Shown here one piece after another: positions 37,266 to 51,704 of a stretch of DNA of 64,000 nucleotides (its first letter is position 1; each line of letters opens with the position of its first letter). The position numbers and the translations under genes are program-made. The DNA comes from Negaprion brevirostris (Eukaryota), in contig JARDVH010000130.1 of NCBI GenBank assembly GCA_030324005.1, positions 13,788,129-13,852,128 on the forward strand. The letters run 5' to 3'. The notes beneath the pieces were generated by a model. The model was given only the letters and a program-made list of their open reading frames with translations, searched no databases and had not been told where the DNA came from.

Positions 37266-38275
37266 GAGCATTATATAGATGAGATACACTCCTCAGATTT
37301 ACATTTTTTTCCCTAAGACAGCAATTGTGCAATTGCTCAGGTACTGACCCTTCAATTCGCTTCCTTTACACCATTTTTATATTAGAGAGCAACAACATTA
37401 AACTACAGCATCTGTGACTTTACCACATTCAGACTGGGAAACTGGGCCAAACAGCTGCTGGGCAACTGTGCAGAGTCACAGTTAATTTATTAATAGTAAA
37501 AACANNNNNNNNNNNNNNNNNNNNNNNNNNNNNNNNNNNNNNNNNNNNNNNNNNNNNNNNNNNNNNNNNNNNNNNNNNNNNNNNNNNNNNNNNNNNNNNN
37601 NNNNNNNNNNNNNNNNNNNNNNNNNNNNNNNNNNNNNNNNNNNNNNNNNNNNNNNNNNNNNNNNNNNNNNNNNNNNNNNNNNNNNNNNNNNNNNNNGCGG
37701 GGGGTGGGGGGGGGGGGGGATGGGGGATAGAATTGGAAAATTGGAATGGACAATTCCATGTTGTTTTCCCATACTTCCCAGTAACTGCTTCATAGTGATA
37801 TTGACAGAGGTTTGGGAGTAGATCGCCTGCAAATCCACTCATCCACGCTTGCTGCCTAGTTGGGAAATGGTAGGGGGTTGTACTTTTATTCAAGAAAATT
37901 ATTAAACAAAGTCATAATGATTATACCCCACCTTACACCACCAACTATGACAAAATAATTACAATCATTAAACAAAGTAGCAGCCAAGGAAAACCTATTA
38001 CACAGCTAATTTGATTAAATTTGCCATGTGCAAATGCTAATGCATGAATCAGCATCTATCAGCAAGCACTTACCAATCCCTTTGAAGAAAGAAATTTGCA
38101 TTTATATAGCGCATTTCACAACCTCGGGAGAGATCAAAGCACTTTACAGCCTTACAATTATGACAGGGTAGAAAAGCAAACTACTGCAGATGCTGGAAAT
38201 CTGAAATCTAAAAGAAGAAAACTGGAAATGTTAAGCAAGTCAGGCAAAATATTTGGAGAGAGAAATAAAATCAAC

Positions 38276-39179
38276 GGCCAACATTCTCCTGCCCGCTGCA
38301 CGAACACCGGTGTGTGTGGGGTGGGGGGGATCCCCCAAGCACTTTTTTTTAAGTGCAATCAGTTCCCTGCCAGAAATCGGTGCAGAGTTGATTATCATAT
38401 TGACATTACAATTTCAGTATGATTAGCAGGCCCAGGATGGTATCCTCCGGGCCCATTAGTGTCTCCACACCCACCCCCAGCCCCACCAGGAGTGGTTCCC
38501 TCCAGCGGCATTTACGACTGTTCCCCATTGATGAGGGACAGGTGTTCTGACCCCACTGGAGGGAACATAAGCCATTGAGGGCCCCCAGGGATGTCTGGAT
38601 AAGGGGGGGCTGCCCCTCGGGCAGTGCCAGGGCGGCATTACCCAAGGGACAAACTGGCACTGCCCACTGGGCATTGCCAAGGGGCGAGAGGACCCACTCC
38701 CACTCTGCAATCAGGATCAGTAGAGGAGAGCTATTGGGATTGGCCACCAAGGTGGAGGGTGCCAGGCAGAGTGGAAAGATCAGGGCTGACCCAAGGTGGG
38801 AAATCACAGCTGGCCTGGGAGATATGGTGGGCCAGCAATNNNNNNNNNNNNNNNNNNNNNNNNNNNNNNNNNNNNNNNNNNNNNNNNNNNNNNNNNNNNN
38901 NNNNNNNNNNNNNNNNNNNNNNNNNCCACGGGGGCGGCAGTGCACATGCACCAATCTCCATTCTGACAGATCAGCTCACGCACAGTGGCCCGCTTAGTGT
39001 TATGCTGCCAGCCTCTCAGACGGGAATAGGCCTCGTCCCGCACTTACCAGAGTGAATAATGCTGAGGTACTCTGCAATTGTGTCGGGGATTTACTCAGCA
39101 CATACGCCCAAAAAACGGGCAAATAATTCCACCCTCCGTTTTCCTGGTCGTTAGGCAGTTTTTTGGCAGAATCCTGGCC
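38276..39179. mobile_element. ~900-bp TIR element nested in a Penelope-type LTR piece (38178-39205)
   Basis: Ends ggccaacattctcc / ggcagaatcctggcc. The host repeat reads through gagagaaataaaatcaa|..|aatatttcagatcaatgac. Confidence 0.7.
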
Positions 39180-39299
39180 AATATTTCAGATCAATGACTT
39201 TTCCTCAAATGTTTGTGATAAATGGGATGTCTGGAGGGGGAGATTAGGGAGTGTTGTGAAGTATTAAATTGTGATGGAAGAATCACTAGATATTGGGCA

Positions 39300-39930
39300 G
39301 GTGCAATTGATTAGAAACAGGCTAATGTGAGAGGAGAAAATAGAAACAAGTGCCTCTTCCATTTCTTTGAAAACTGATGGAATGATCAGGAGTAAACAAG
39401 GATTGTCTGTACAATAATAAACTGCTGAACAACAGTCTATATAGATTCCGAGAGGGAAATGATGCTGCCTGCACAATCCTCCTTGACAACTTCAGGAAAC
39501 TAACATTCCTCTAAGTGTGGGAGCCTCGAAGGCATCGTGTTTCCAGATCTGCAAAAGGCTTTTGACAAAGCTTCACATGAAAGTCTATTTAGTTCAAGGG
39601 ATTTGAGATAATTTCTGATTCATCCTCAGGGTTTATCTGAAGGGCTGAAGACACAGAGTACCTGCTGAGGGAGTTATGTCAAGACATGGAAAAGAGGTAC
39701 TGAGCTGAGTGACTCAGCATGCAGCTCCATATTCACTTCCAATTATGGGAGTGGCTTGGGTTGGAAATGCAATGAGAGTGGTCAAACATCAATTCAGGCA
39801 ACTTTGAAATGACCAAATAAGCAGATAAAATATAAGTGTCCAGTTAAACGAAATTTAAAATAGACAAATACAAAATACTGCACATGGGAAGAAAAGAATT
39901 AACACGTGTACCCCATGAATGGTGACAATT
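39300..39930 (+). mobile_element. Very old CR1 RT fragment
   Basis: DLQKAFDKASHESL at ~39546; aaatacaaaatactgcacatggg resembles KCKVLH. Confidence 0.55.
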
Positions 39931-42900
39931 TTTTAAATTATTATTCATTTGCTGGATTTGGGCATTGTTGGCTAGGCCAGCATTTACTGCCCATCACTAA
40001 TTGCCCTTCAGAAGGTGGTGGTGAGCTGCCTTCTTGGACCGCTGCAGGATAAACATCCAACTAGCCAAATGATGCCATCAAAAGGAACTCATGAGTCTTG
40101 GGGTCAAATTTTCTCATCGTGATGCAAGCAAACCCATGATGGGCAGGTGGAAATGCAGGCATGTGGCCCAGGCCTGTGGAGGTCCCACCCCTCCATTTCC
40201 ACCACCAACTATTTTGATCAGCAGGAAGGAAGGTTGTGGTTTGAGCCCACGTGCAGCTGTCCTAACATCATTTTCTCCTTTGAGGGGCTGAAATGTTAGG
40301 CCCTCCTCAATATTTTTATGGAAATGGGTCTGCATCTGAAGGCAACATGGTTCATGACAGCTCAGAAGTATCATGAGCCATGGGGGAATCTCCACGTAGA
40401 GTCAGGAACCTTTTGACAGGTATGGTCAGAAGATATTCGCAATGCTACATGTCATTACATAATGCTTTATAATAAGTTAAATATGTTTTACACTCAGTGG
40501 TTGATGATTGGGTTTTATTATTAAAATGTCAGTGAGGTAAACTGAACAGCAATGTGAATGTGGTAAACATTCAAATGCATTAAGTACATTATCCAATGGA
40601 TAAAGTGCTCTTCTGCATTGAACAGTGTCAATATTCAGATTTCACTGCATTAGTTGGTCTTTGTAATTGAATCTACTTAATGTAACGTAATGCAATAAGC
40701 AGGTTTTGTTTATACAGCAATAGAATTCTATTCTGAATGCTCAGCAAAGCTCCAAAAGCAGTCATTAATTCAATGCAGCCGGCATTGTCAACACAGCTGT
40801 TTATTTATTTTGACAGCTTTATGATCACAGAATCCCTACAGGTGATGGGGGAATAGTAGGCATGGGGAGATATGGAGGGGCACGAGAGCTGAAGGTTGCC
40901 CGAGGGTTAGAGAGCCGCACACTCATCCACAAAGCTAGGGCCAGGATCTCAGTGAACAGAGGTGGGCCTTCTAATCTGGTCACCCTGGCAACCACTCACC
41001 TCTGTTCCCATCTTCGCTCTGCTTCCAAGTGGCCAAATGGGCTGAATAGTCTCCCACATCCATAATTATCTTGTGAACTAGTAATAAACTGTAATACTTG
41101 CATTGTATGGCATTTTAAGCATTGAAACATCTCAACGTATCTTTTGTGGTGAATTATTTCAATAAGTGATTGTCACATAGGCAACTAGTAATAAACAATT
41201 CTAATTAATGAGTAAATTGGTAAGCTGAGTGAGATGGCCCTCACCTCATCTCACTGTTGCCTATTCAGTTGTAGTCAGGAAACCTCCTGCAATGGTTTCC
41301 CTCTTCATACATACACACAGTTACCTCTGTAGTTCCCCAAGCATCCATTCTTGCCCCACCCGCCACCTAATTCTTATCTCATGCCATTCCTTGGTTACAT
41401 CATCTGAAGACATGACTTCATGTTTGATACACAGTGAATAATCCAGCTCTTCCTCACCAACCTCTTCCCTGTCTCTATATCTAGTCATCCAATCCCACAG
41501 AATTATAACTTTAATTAAACACTGAGAAGAACAAAGACCTTCTATTCAACTTCCACTACAACCTAAACTTCCTCACCATCAATTCAATGTTCTTGGCCAC
41601 AATCTCAGGTTGATCCAATCTAATTGAAACCTTCGACCTATCTGACCCTGAGCTGAGCTTCATACCCCACAATGACTCCATCACAAAGGCCAACTAACTA
41701 GACATTCATTTCATCACCCAGCTCTATCCCGGTCTCAGCTTTGCAGCTACTGAAACTTTCAGCCATGCTTGTGTAGCTCACCTTGGGCCAGCAACTTGCT
41801 ATTATATGCTCCCCATCTTCCAAAACTGTGAGCTCATCCAAAACTTTGCTGTCTATATCGTAGCCTGCATCAAGCCCCATTTGATAATAGGATCCAAGCA
41901 TTTGCTGAAGCCAAAACTAAGATNNNNNNNNNCAATAACCACGGTTAGGATCTGTCAGTCCCACTGATGTTTACAACATTTGGCACTGCTTGCCCACCCA
42001 CCAGTGGTGAATCCACCGGGGAGTGGGGTCACCAGGGCCAGAAGATCCTGCTGGCAGGAAATGCTGGAAAATCCCACCCAAAGATTTTCTTTATTGAGGG
42101 AGTTAATCAATTTGTTTGAGTCTCACAGTTCTATTCTCCTCCTCAGTGTCCCAGCTAGCCCTTATTTGGATGTGCTGAAAGAGAATTAATAGCACATCAC
42201 CTGTTCCTCTTAACCATAACAATTTGACTGATATGAACAAACTTTAGTAATGTAATTGATAAGATATTAACACCGTTCACCCAAAACCCATTGGGTCTCA
42301 TTGCTGTAATGTAAGAAGCACAGCTGTCACCTTGCACTCAACAAGTCCCCCCAAGCAACAATGTGAATGGAACTGGANNNNNNNNNNCAAGACACCAGGG
42401 ATAAAAGTCCACTGTTCTTTGTTAAAATAGCACTAGGGGGTGTTTTGTATCCACCTGATAAGAGTAGACATTGCCTCAGTTTAATGCTTCATTTGAAAGA
42501 TGGCACCTCTAATATAATAGCAAGTTGCTGGCCCATATTTTGTAGTAGGGTCAAGAGTCTAACCGTTTGTCACCAACAGCGTGTTAATTCAACTTCCTCA
42601 CACTGCCAGCTTCATTAGAACCTCCAAGGCAATGCTGTTGATGTCACATAATCGCTTTGAACAACAATATTTTGGAAAATTACCAGAATTGGTTAAAAAG
42701 AAAGAAAGCATCTTTATAGTTGTTATTGTACTAGGTCCCAATGGCAAGATTCCATTTTTTAAACCAAAACCTATATTTGGCTTCAACTAAATAAAAATGT
42801 TCCAACAACAAAAAGGTAATAATAATGTTCTTGCATATCTATTGCAGTGGAAAATTGAAGTCAACCCAGTGAGTTGAAGGGCCCATACAACATTAGCCTC

Positions 42901-43514
42901 ATATCTGTGTCACAGTGTACACATGTACATCATTTTTAAAATAAAAACAAAAAGGTCAGTCAACTTACAGTTAACCCAAATAAAATTAGGATATGAGTCC
43001 TGCTGCCGTTTGCTATGTACGTCCATCAAATGTCGATAACTATAGACTGTAACGTGACTTATAGCGGCGTCATTGAATCAGTAGTCAACTGTAATGTTTA
43101 CTGGAGCTGACGAAAGCTCAATGAATCAGAACAAAATTAATATTTTAAAATGGCACACAGCAGACTACGTTTACCAAACACACATTACAGTGATAAATAG
43201 GGAAACTGTTCAACTATTCTACACGATGAAGGTTTCCATTTTTCTAATAGCTGGAAACTCTACACTGTTATAAGTTAAAGACAGAATTCAATTCATCGTA
43301 GCTGCTAATGTGCTCTCAGGACTAGTGGCTACCAGCTTCAAAACTGACTGGGTTAGTAAATGCCCATACTGGACTTTATTTGATTTGGTTAACATTACCA
43401 TATTCTACTATTATGACTTCAATACAGCATTCTTCTGGAAAGAAATGTATTATTACGAATAGGATATGTGATTGCCCATCTGTGAAGATTTAACAGGAGA
43501 ACTATGGTAAAATG

Positions 43515-44668
43515 GATATCTAGAAGGCATTTGACAAGGTGCCGCACCAAAGACTGCTACATAAGATAAAGGTGCACAGTGTTACAGGTAATGTACAGGC
43601 ACGGATAGAGGATTGGTTAACTTACAGAAAGCAAAGAGTGGGGGTAAATGGGTGCTTTTCTGGTTGGAGATCAGTGACTAGCGGTGTGCCTCAGGGATCA
43701 GTGTTGGGACCGCAATTGTTTACGATTTACATAGATGATTTGGAGTTGCGGACCTAGTGTGTCAAAATTCGCAGATGACACTAAGATGGGTGGAACAGCA
43801 AAGTGTTCAGAGGATGCTGAAAGTCTGCAGAAGGATATAGATAGTCTGAGTGATCAAGGGTCTAGCAGATGGAGTACAATGTTGGTAAATGTGAGGTCAT
43901 CCATTTTGGAAGGAATAATAGCAAAATGGATTATTATTTAAAATGGTAAAAAATTGCAACATGCTGCTGTGAAAAGTGACCTGGGTATCCTTGCACAGGA
44001 ATCTCAAGGAGTTGGTTTGCAGGTACAGCAGGTAATAAATAAGGCAAATGGAATCTTGTCCTTCATTGCTAGAGGGATGGAATTTAATAACAGCGAAATT
44101 ATGTTGCAGGTGTATAAGGTGCTGGTGAGGCCACACCTGGAGTACCATGTACAGTTTTGGTCTCCTTACTTGAGAAAGGATATACTGGCACTGGAAGGGG
44201 TGCAGAGTGATTCTGGAGTTGAGAGGGTTGGCTTATGAGGAGAAACTGAGTAGACTGGTGCTATACTCATTGGAATTCAGAAGAAATAGGGGAGATCATA
44301 TAGAAACATATGTTATGAAGGAAATAGGTAAAATAGCAGTGAAGTTGTTTCCACAGGTGGGTGAAACTAGAACTAGGGGGTATAGCCTCAAAATAAGGGG
44401 AAGCAGATTTAGAACTGAGTTGAGGAGGAACTTCTTCACACAAAGGGGTCTGACTCTGTGGAATTCCCTGCCCAGTGAAGCNNNNNNNNNNNNNNNNNNN
44501 NNNNNNNNNNNNNNNNNNNNNNNNNNNNNNNNNNNNAGTAAAGAAATTAAAGGTTAGGGTGAGTGGGCGGCTAAGTGGAGCTGAGTCCACAAAAAGATCA
44601 GCTATTGAATGGCAGAGCAGGCTCAAGGGGCCAGGTGGCCTACTCCTGCTCCTAGTTCTTATGTTCTT
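43515..44668 (+). mobile_element. 5'-truncated CR1 LINE (RT to 3' tail)
   Basis: [61 protein letters not shown]; frameshifted. Confidence 0.95.
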
Positions 44669-45809
44669 GTGGTTTACAATAAATTACATTCTAAGAGACA
44701 AAAAAATGCTTTTGGAACTACGGATAGTATTATACTGAGTTCACTTAGATAAAGCTCTCACTGTTTCATTTTTAAGTAGTTCTTAACTTCAGTGTTAATT
44801 TTCTCTTCAATCCTGAAGATGTTTGCTCATGCTGGGTCTGGTTTCACAGGTGTCAGGAGTTCTGTGGCATTCAACGACTCTTTTATTCAGGCCTTGACGG
44901 GGGAGTGCCATGACATCACTGTGCATGTATTGGGACAACCGTGGGTTGTATTATAGTCATCCTTAACTGCGTCCTCATCTGAGAGATTTTAACTTTCAAC
45001 CAACTGGCCGACAAAAAGTTCCTGCTGTCCAGCAGGGAAAAGGCCAGAGCCAAATGGATATCCCCAGACAGCTCACATGATCAAGCCGGTGTGACATCAG
45101 TTAGGCAGCCAGCCATGTCCAGTGCAGGTCGTAATCACAGAGGGAGAAGTCCAAGGAAGTGGGGGCCAAGTGGAATGTCTCTGTCGCTTCTGGAGCTGCC
45201 ATCCCTCCACACACACACCCCTCCCCCTCACCACCCCCGCCCCCCACCTCAAGCCCAAGCTCAAAGTTAAGAAACCTTTAGAATGAAACAGTGATAATTT
45301 TGATGCAGGGATAATTTGTTGTAACCCATCACTCCACAATGCTGACTAAAAAAATTACTGAAATGAGAAGAGACAATACGGTAAGCTTCCCAAACTATAT
45401 CTGTTATTTTTCACAGCTGGCAGTATATTTCCCCAAAAAAGCCAGCAGAACAGTTCAGTCCTGTCACTGCGTGGTTGCCAAATAGTAGCTAATTTCAGCT
45501 AAGATTTGAGTTTGCACAATCGTTATTAAAAATCTATTTCTGCACTTAGAACTGGTACCAATACAAAGACAGTTTATTTCACCTTTTAAAAATATGATCT
45601 GTTGAACACTTTTTCATGAAGACAGTTCATTTGTGGTGGTTGGGTACTAAACAAACATGGTGAAAATTCACTCATTCAAGGAGTAACTGAAAATGAGATA
45701 TCAATCCTTTCATTATTACACAGAGTGTAAAGTCACTAAGTGAGTACCAACAATCCATAGCTTGAGGGAAAGTTGGCATGAAAGATTCTTCCAGTGGAGT
45801 GTGGAATTT

Positions 45810-46140
45810 TGAATCATAGAAACCCTACAGTGCAGAGGGCAGCCATTCAGCCCACCGAGTCTACACCGACCACAATCCCACCCCAGGCCCTTTCCTCACA
45901 AATCTACACATTTACCCCACTAATCCCTTTAACCCACACATCTAGGGAAAAAAGGGGCAATTTAGCATGGCCAATCATACCTAACATTTTTGGACCGTGG
46001 GAGGAAAACAGAGCACCCAGAGGAAACCCACGCAGACACTGGGAGAATGTGCAAACTCCAGACAGACAGTGACCCAAGCCAGGAATCAAACCCAGGTCCC
46101 TGGTGCTGTGAGGCAGCAACGCTAACCGCTGTGCCAACCC
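45810..46140 (-). mobile_element. HE1-like V-SINE, CR1-type tail
   Basis: gaatcatagaaaccctacagtgcag..ggaatcaaacccaggtccctggtgctgtgagg. Confidence 0.9.
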
Positions 46141-47219
46141 TCATGAAGACTATTTTCTACAGCAGCTCTGTTGATAAAGGAAACGTCCAATAGTAGAAAC
46201 AAAACAAGGAACTTCACTTAAATAGCTATTGTTTTCATGAAAATATTGCTTCAAATATGGAAAATGAACAAGTCATTGAACAGTAGATCATCAAACGGGA
46301 ACCAAAAATAACCAATAGGCAAGGTTGAAGGAAGTAATATGTTTTTCTATTGCATTCCTCGCATTAAGAAAGCAAAATATCATTTTCACTATTGTCAATA
46401 TTGGCTATATTTTCTCCTTTTAAATACCAAATGTGGGCAACTGAGACTAGGTTAGGGGTTAAAAAAAGGGGCGGCATGAACAAGTTGGGCCAAAAGGCCT
46501 GTTTCCATGCTATAAACCTCATTGACTAGCTAGCCTTCTCATAATTTGAAGGGTTTCTCATGGCCAGTCCACCAACTAATGTACTTCAGTAGCTGAAAGA
46601 GATGGACAAATACCAGCTCTGGATGTGATTTAGCTCCCTACTTTAGACACAAAAAACTGCTATGGGCAAATGCTAAGTTTCCCACAGCTGTCCCAAACTG
46701 TCTGCAAAGGCGTGAAATGCAATATTCATACTGCTGGTCTGTATCAACTTCCCCTTGATATTAGGTAGGAACAGAGTCACAATCACTTTTGCGTGTTTCT
46801 ACACATTCAAGATAGTTGTTCCAATATTTCTGCATGTGGTCCAACTTCAGCCAGCAAAAAACAGGACACTTCTCCACCTCAAAAATTTCAATTCTCCTGA
46901 AAAAAAGCCCACTCAATATTTGCTATGTATATCCCAGTCATCCAATGACTTCCATGTGGTTTCTTCCATACCTGCTCAAAACCCTGTACATTGTAGTGAG
47001 AGAATGCTCCGGTATGCAAGACTTTCAGATGTCTTAAGTACAAGAGGAATAGGTTCAAACCATACACTCAGAATAGCTCAGTCCTCAGACTGTTCTGTCA
47101 CTGTTTTTGCTGCAAGAGAGAGAGGTAACAGGAGTAGCAGGGAAGACATAAAAACATGGCAAATACAGTGAAAAACTTGGGGCTACGACAACATGGTACT
47201 AAAGAAAAACATTAAAAAG

Positions 47220-47387
47220 CATTCCAACCATTATTTTGTATATTGAGTTTGTGTCTTTATGTGCCCTGTTTGTGAACTGAACTCCCACTTACCTGATGAA
47301 GGAGCAGCAAGCGCTCTAAAAGCTAATAGCTTGTGCTACTAAATAAACCTGTTGGACTTTAACCTGGTGTTGTGAGATTTCTTACTA
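47220..47387 (+). mobile_element. Penelope LTR with degenerate hammerhead
   Basis: Colinear with 25498-25656; CTGATGA at 47293 but GAAA is mutated. Confidence 0.85.
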
Positions 47388-48924
47388 AAGAAAAGCAATA
47401 GGTCTCAAAAAAATCTGAGACGTTAGATGAGGTGCACACGCCAGTGGGAAAATATCAAAAGGTCACTGCAGATATTCTTTTCAAATAAAAAAAATCTGCT
47501 CCTTCTAATGATTTGTGAAATGTGTACTAACACTGTGCTATAAAGAGAGATAGCCAATTTCTTCCTTTCAATGAGTAAATCTAATAAGTGATGCAGTCTT
47601 ACACCCGAACAGTCCCAGGTTCATTCCCTAGTCAGTATTGGATCTGTCAATCTTACTTAATGAGCAGTAGAGATGCTGAAATTGCCCTGATGCACTCACA
47701 GAGTCAGCAAATGTTTCCAGTTTCTCACTTTTTAAATTCAACTCTGTCCTTTCTTGAATTGTGAAAGTACAAGATAACATTTGCCGGCAATATCAAACTT
47801 ATTGGGAGAAAGGGGAGAGCAGTGGGTCCTGGCAGTGAAGATAGAAACCAAAAGTACCTTCACCTACAGAAATTAAGTGCATCAGACAGAAAGACTGACA
47901 TTCTGGTCTGTTTGTGTAAAGTTCTAGACTTGTAAGTTTTAGCGTGTCCATGCAAACCAGATTAATTGCCTCCGCTATAAATTGCTTGTTTCAATCAGCA
48001 ATTCTCTTTTTCCAAGCTTCTCGCACATCCTCTACAATCCAGAGGCTGTATTTTCTCGGACACAGAAACCATATTGTTAGGCCTCACACCAATGCTAGAT
48101 TTCCCGTATCTTTCCTTCACCCTCAACTCATTCAAGTCAACAGACACATACATCAACACACCACCCTCAACTTCAATTCAGGCCCTGAATTGATTTAACA
48201 AGCATATTTACAGTGAGTTTAAACAAGTAAAGCATTTAGAAAATGTCAGAATTCTTAGAGAGAAGCGAGAATATACTGTTACATCAGAAAGAATGTAAAA
48301 CATACTTTACACCACAAATCTTTCAGCCTCCCATGCACACATTCAGCAATTTTCCTTTTGACTTCTAAGCTTTGGATTTATTTCCATAGAGTTTAGATCT
48401 TCTTGTGACAGCCCCAGCCCACCTTGCCATGTGCTAAGTATGTCCTTTTTAGACTCTGATTTATAGTCCCCCAACTTGACTGTGGTTGGAATTGGTAATC
48501 TGTCTTGCATCGCCTTAATTGTTTAATTTGTGTCTTTCACAAGTGGAGGTGCAAACCCACACAATGTTGCTAGCTTCTCCAAAGCAAAGTCTTTCTGGAT
48601 CAATGAGTACATCAGGTCAGCCTGTATGTCAACAGCAAAACTATCTCCAGCCGCCAGGCAAACTGCTGCTTACTGGCCATTTTAAGATTAGCACATCTGC
48701 ATTTTCAGTTTATACAGGGGGCTCAAATACCTCCAGTGCATATCATTAAATCACATTGCCCCAAGTGACTGGAGACCACAGACCGTGCACCCAGGATCGT
48801 TGAGACCTGACAATACTCTCAAATGTCACCAGTGACAGATAATTTAAAGCTGATTAGTAGAAAACAAAATGATATAAACTACTGCTCTAGCCTTTCCTTC
48901 TCTCTAATACTGCACACAATAAAG

Positions 48925-49041
48925 GAAGGAGGAAGGAGCAGTGCTCTGAAAGTTCATGATTCCAAACAAATCAACCTGTTGGACTTTAAAGTGACGTTGT
49001 GAGATTCCACCCCCAGTCCAACGCCAGCAACTCCACATCAT
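48925..49041 (+). mobile_element. Penelope LTR fragment
   Basis: aaggagcagtgctctgaaag..aacctgttggacttt..ccccagtccaacgccagcaactccacatca. Confidence 0.75.
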
Positions 49042-49627
49042 CACAATAAATCAAACTGTGTGTGTGGTGGGGCGGGGGGTGTTGTTTTTATACTGACAAG
49101 TTTGCTGTGAATAATCAAGGGCTAATGTATGGGTGATTCAAATTATGAGGCACAGGATGCAAGCCTTGCAGAATATATTCTCTGATTTGAAAATTAATTG
49201 TCCATCTATGGAAAGACAGAACCTCAATGAAGCAGCATTGAGGGAGTGCGATGTTGCTGGAGACACCATACTTTGGTTGATATGATTACCATGGTTCTGT
49301 CAGCCTGTTTATTTGGAATTCCATGGCAGTTTTCAACAAACAGCAGAGCATTCTTGCATTGACTGGATTAGGACATTCATTAGCTGGGCATGAACTGCAG
49401 AAGTTAATGTGAAATCCAGTCTCCAGTGTGAACAGAACTAGACTGTATCAAGCATCAGTTTTCAATAGAAACCCATCTAGTCATTCCAGATGAGGTGCTT
49501 TGTTGAAAGTTTCTTGAAATTTATATAGGGAATATGCAGTGATAATTAAATAATTTTTTTTAGATATTATCCCCCATGTTCAGATTATCTTTCACTTCAT
49601 TTTCCTTAACAATCTGCCCATTCTGTG

Positions 49628-49910
49628 GGCAGCACGATGGCACAGCGCTTAGCAGTGTTGCCTCACAGCACCAGGGACCTGGGTTCAATTCCTGGCTTGG
49701 GTCACTGAATGTGTGGAGTCTGCACTTTCTCCCCATGTCTGTGTGGGTTTCCTCTGGATGCTCCGGTTTCCTCCCACAGTCTGAAGGATGTGCTGGTTAG
49801 GTGCATTGACCTGAACAGGTGCTGGAATGTGGCGATGAGGGGAATTCCACAGTAACTCCACTGCAATATTAATGTAAGCCTTACTTGTGACTAATAAATA
49901 AAATTTACTT
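49628..49910 (+). mobile_element. V-SINE, Rex1-like tail subfamily
   Basis: Head, V-domain, tail ccacagtaactcc..aatgtaagccttacttgtgactaataaataaa. Confidence 0.9.
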
Positions 49911-50483
49911 TCAATTCTGACCAAGAAGCCAGGCAAATGGGTTGCTTCTATGCTTGGATTCAATGTCCAGCCTGGCTCAGGTAGACAATACGTTGTATTG
50001 GCAGATCATGTACTCAAATCCAGTTCACCACTCAACAGCATCCCAAGTCCAACATACTGTGTCAATCATTCACGTCTTTTCCATAAATAGGTGGTCACAA
50101 GAGCATGATAACTTTGACAGAAAGGAATAAAGTAGTTTTAAAAGCCTAATGTCATCTTGACAGGCTGATGAAATTCTGGCCACAGCACTGCATGTCAGTT
50201 TTATTTTCTAGCAATCACAATTTCTCTAACCCTGCCTTTTTTTGTACATAATTTTGTTACTTGTTGGCCCAAACACCTCACACACATTATTATTTTACAT
50301 ATAGCCTGCTCCATGCCACACCCTGGACATTCTCTCCACCTTCTACCGTCAGGAAAANNNNNNNNNNNNNNNNNNNNNNNNNNNNNNNNNNNNNNNNNNN
50401 NNNNNNNNNNNNNNNNNNNNNNNNNNNNNNNNNNNNNNNNNNNNNNNNNNNNNNNNNNNNNNNNNNNNNNNNNNNNNNNNNNN

Positions 50484-50607
50484 TAAAACTACATTCTGCA
50501 CCCTCTCCTTTCTTTCCTCACCTACTCTATGAACGGTGTCTGAGTGGCGCACAAGAAACAATGTTTTTCATTGTAAACAGTTAAATGTGACAATAATAAA
50601 TCAAATC
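50484..50607 (+). mobile_element. Rex1/Babar 3' end, partly masked
   Basis: ..aatgtgacaataataaatcaaatc. Confidence 0.8.
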
Positions 50608-51237
50608 CTGCAACAATATTTGGATTGCAACATTACTGTGCATCAATATTTTTTGCACAATTTTTTTCGAATCAGTAAAATTTAAAGCAACATGTTGTTG
50701 TATCATGCAGTAATTATTTGTAACCCGCAACGTTAACCTCAATAAATCTTGGTGATGTTTTGTTTCCTTTAGATATTTTCAGCCAAAAAGGTTTTGCTTG
50801 TACTAACATGAGACTTTTTCACTAAAAATGCATTAACTGAAGGAACATCGAGCCAAACTGACCTCTCAAAAAGACAAAATGCTCCCAGTGGTTCAAAAAT
50901 ACAGGATGTCAGATGATTAACCGTGTGAATATATTATTAATCCCACAAACATACTGGAACCTCAAGGCATGCTGGCATTAGAAGGCAGATATTGGGTTGG
51001 NNNNNNNNNNTGGCACATTAACAAGTTGCCAATCTGAACAACTCAGATATGGGCAGGTGCTCACCAGATTTTAGGCATCCCTCCAGAGTGAAATCACACA
51101 AAACATTAACATCCAAAGAACAACCAGAAAATGAGTACACCAACTGTTCAGGGACTGTATCTGAGACGGTAAGCAAGAGTTGGTGGATGGGGAGTGGTGG
51201 GGTGATGGTGGAAGTGCAGGGAGCTAGAAGGTGGATA

Positions 51238-51598
51238 AAATTATAAGTACATGAAACATACAAGATCCTGAGGGGACTTGACAGGGTGGATACTGAAAAT
51301 ATTGTTTCCTCTGGTGGAAGAAACTAGGGGACCCAGTTTAAAATATAAGAGTATGCTGTAGAGTTGAAACTGGATTGCAAATCTGTGGACTCTCTTCCCC
51401 ATAAGGTGGTAAAGACAGGATTAGTGAATATTTTTAATGCAGGGATATATTGATTTTTGACTAATGAGAATATCAAAGGGTGTGAGGGTAGCGAGAATAA
51501 TGACTTAATGCCAAAATCAGATCAGCCATGATGTTATTGAATGGCAGAGCAGGTTCAAGGGGCCAATTCGCCTACTCCTGCTCTTAATTGGTATGTTC
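51238..51598 (+). mobile_element. CR1 3' end
   Basis: ETYKILRGLDRVD; tail gatcagccatgatgttattgaatggcagagcagg..cctactcctgctc. Confidence 0.8.
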
Positions 51599-51704
51599 AA
51601 ATAAATATACTTTTTAAAAAGCAACAGTGATGTTTAAAAACAACAGTTGTAAGTATAAAACACGTTAGTCACAGGTCTTCAGTTTATCTATCAGTGGCAG
51701 TGAT

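Noticed and set aside
47858-47863. Possible 6-nt microexon on the copine strand (tttctgtag|GTGAAG|gtactt), which would insert an in-frame TGA
   Set aside because: Weak donor, and such matches are expected by chance in 56 kb; it would need junction reads.
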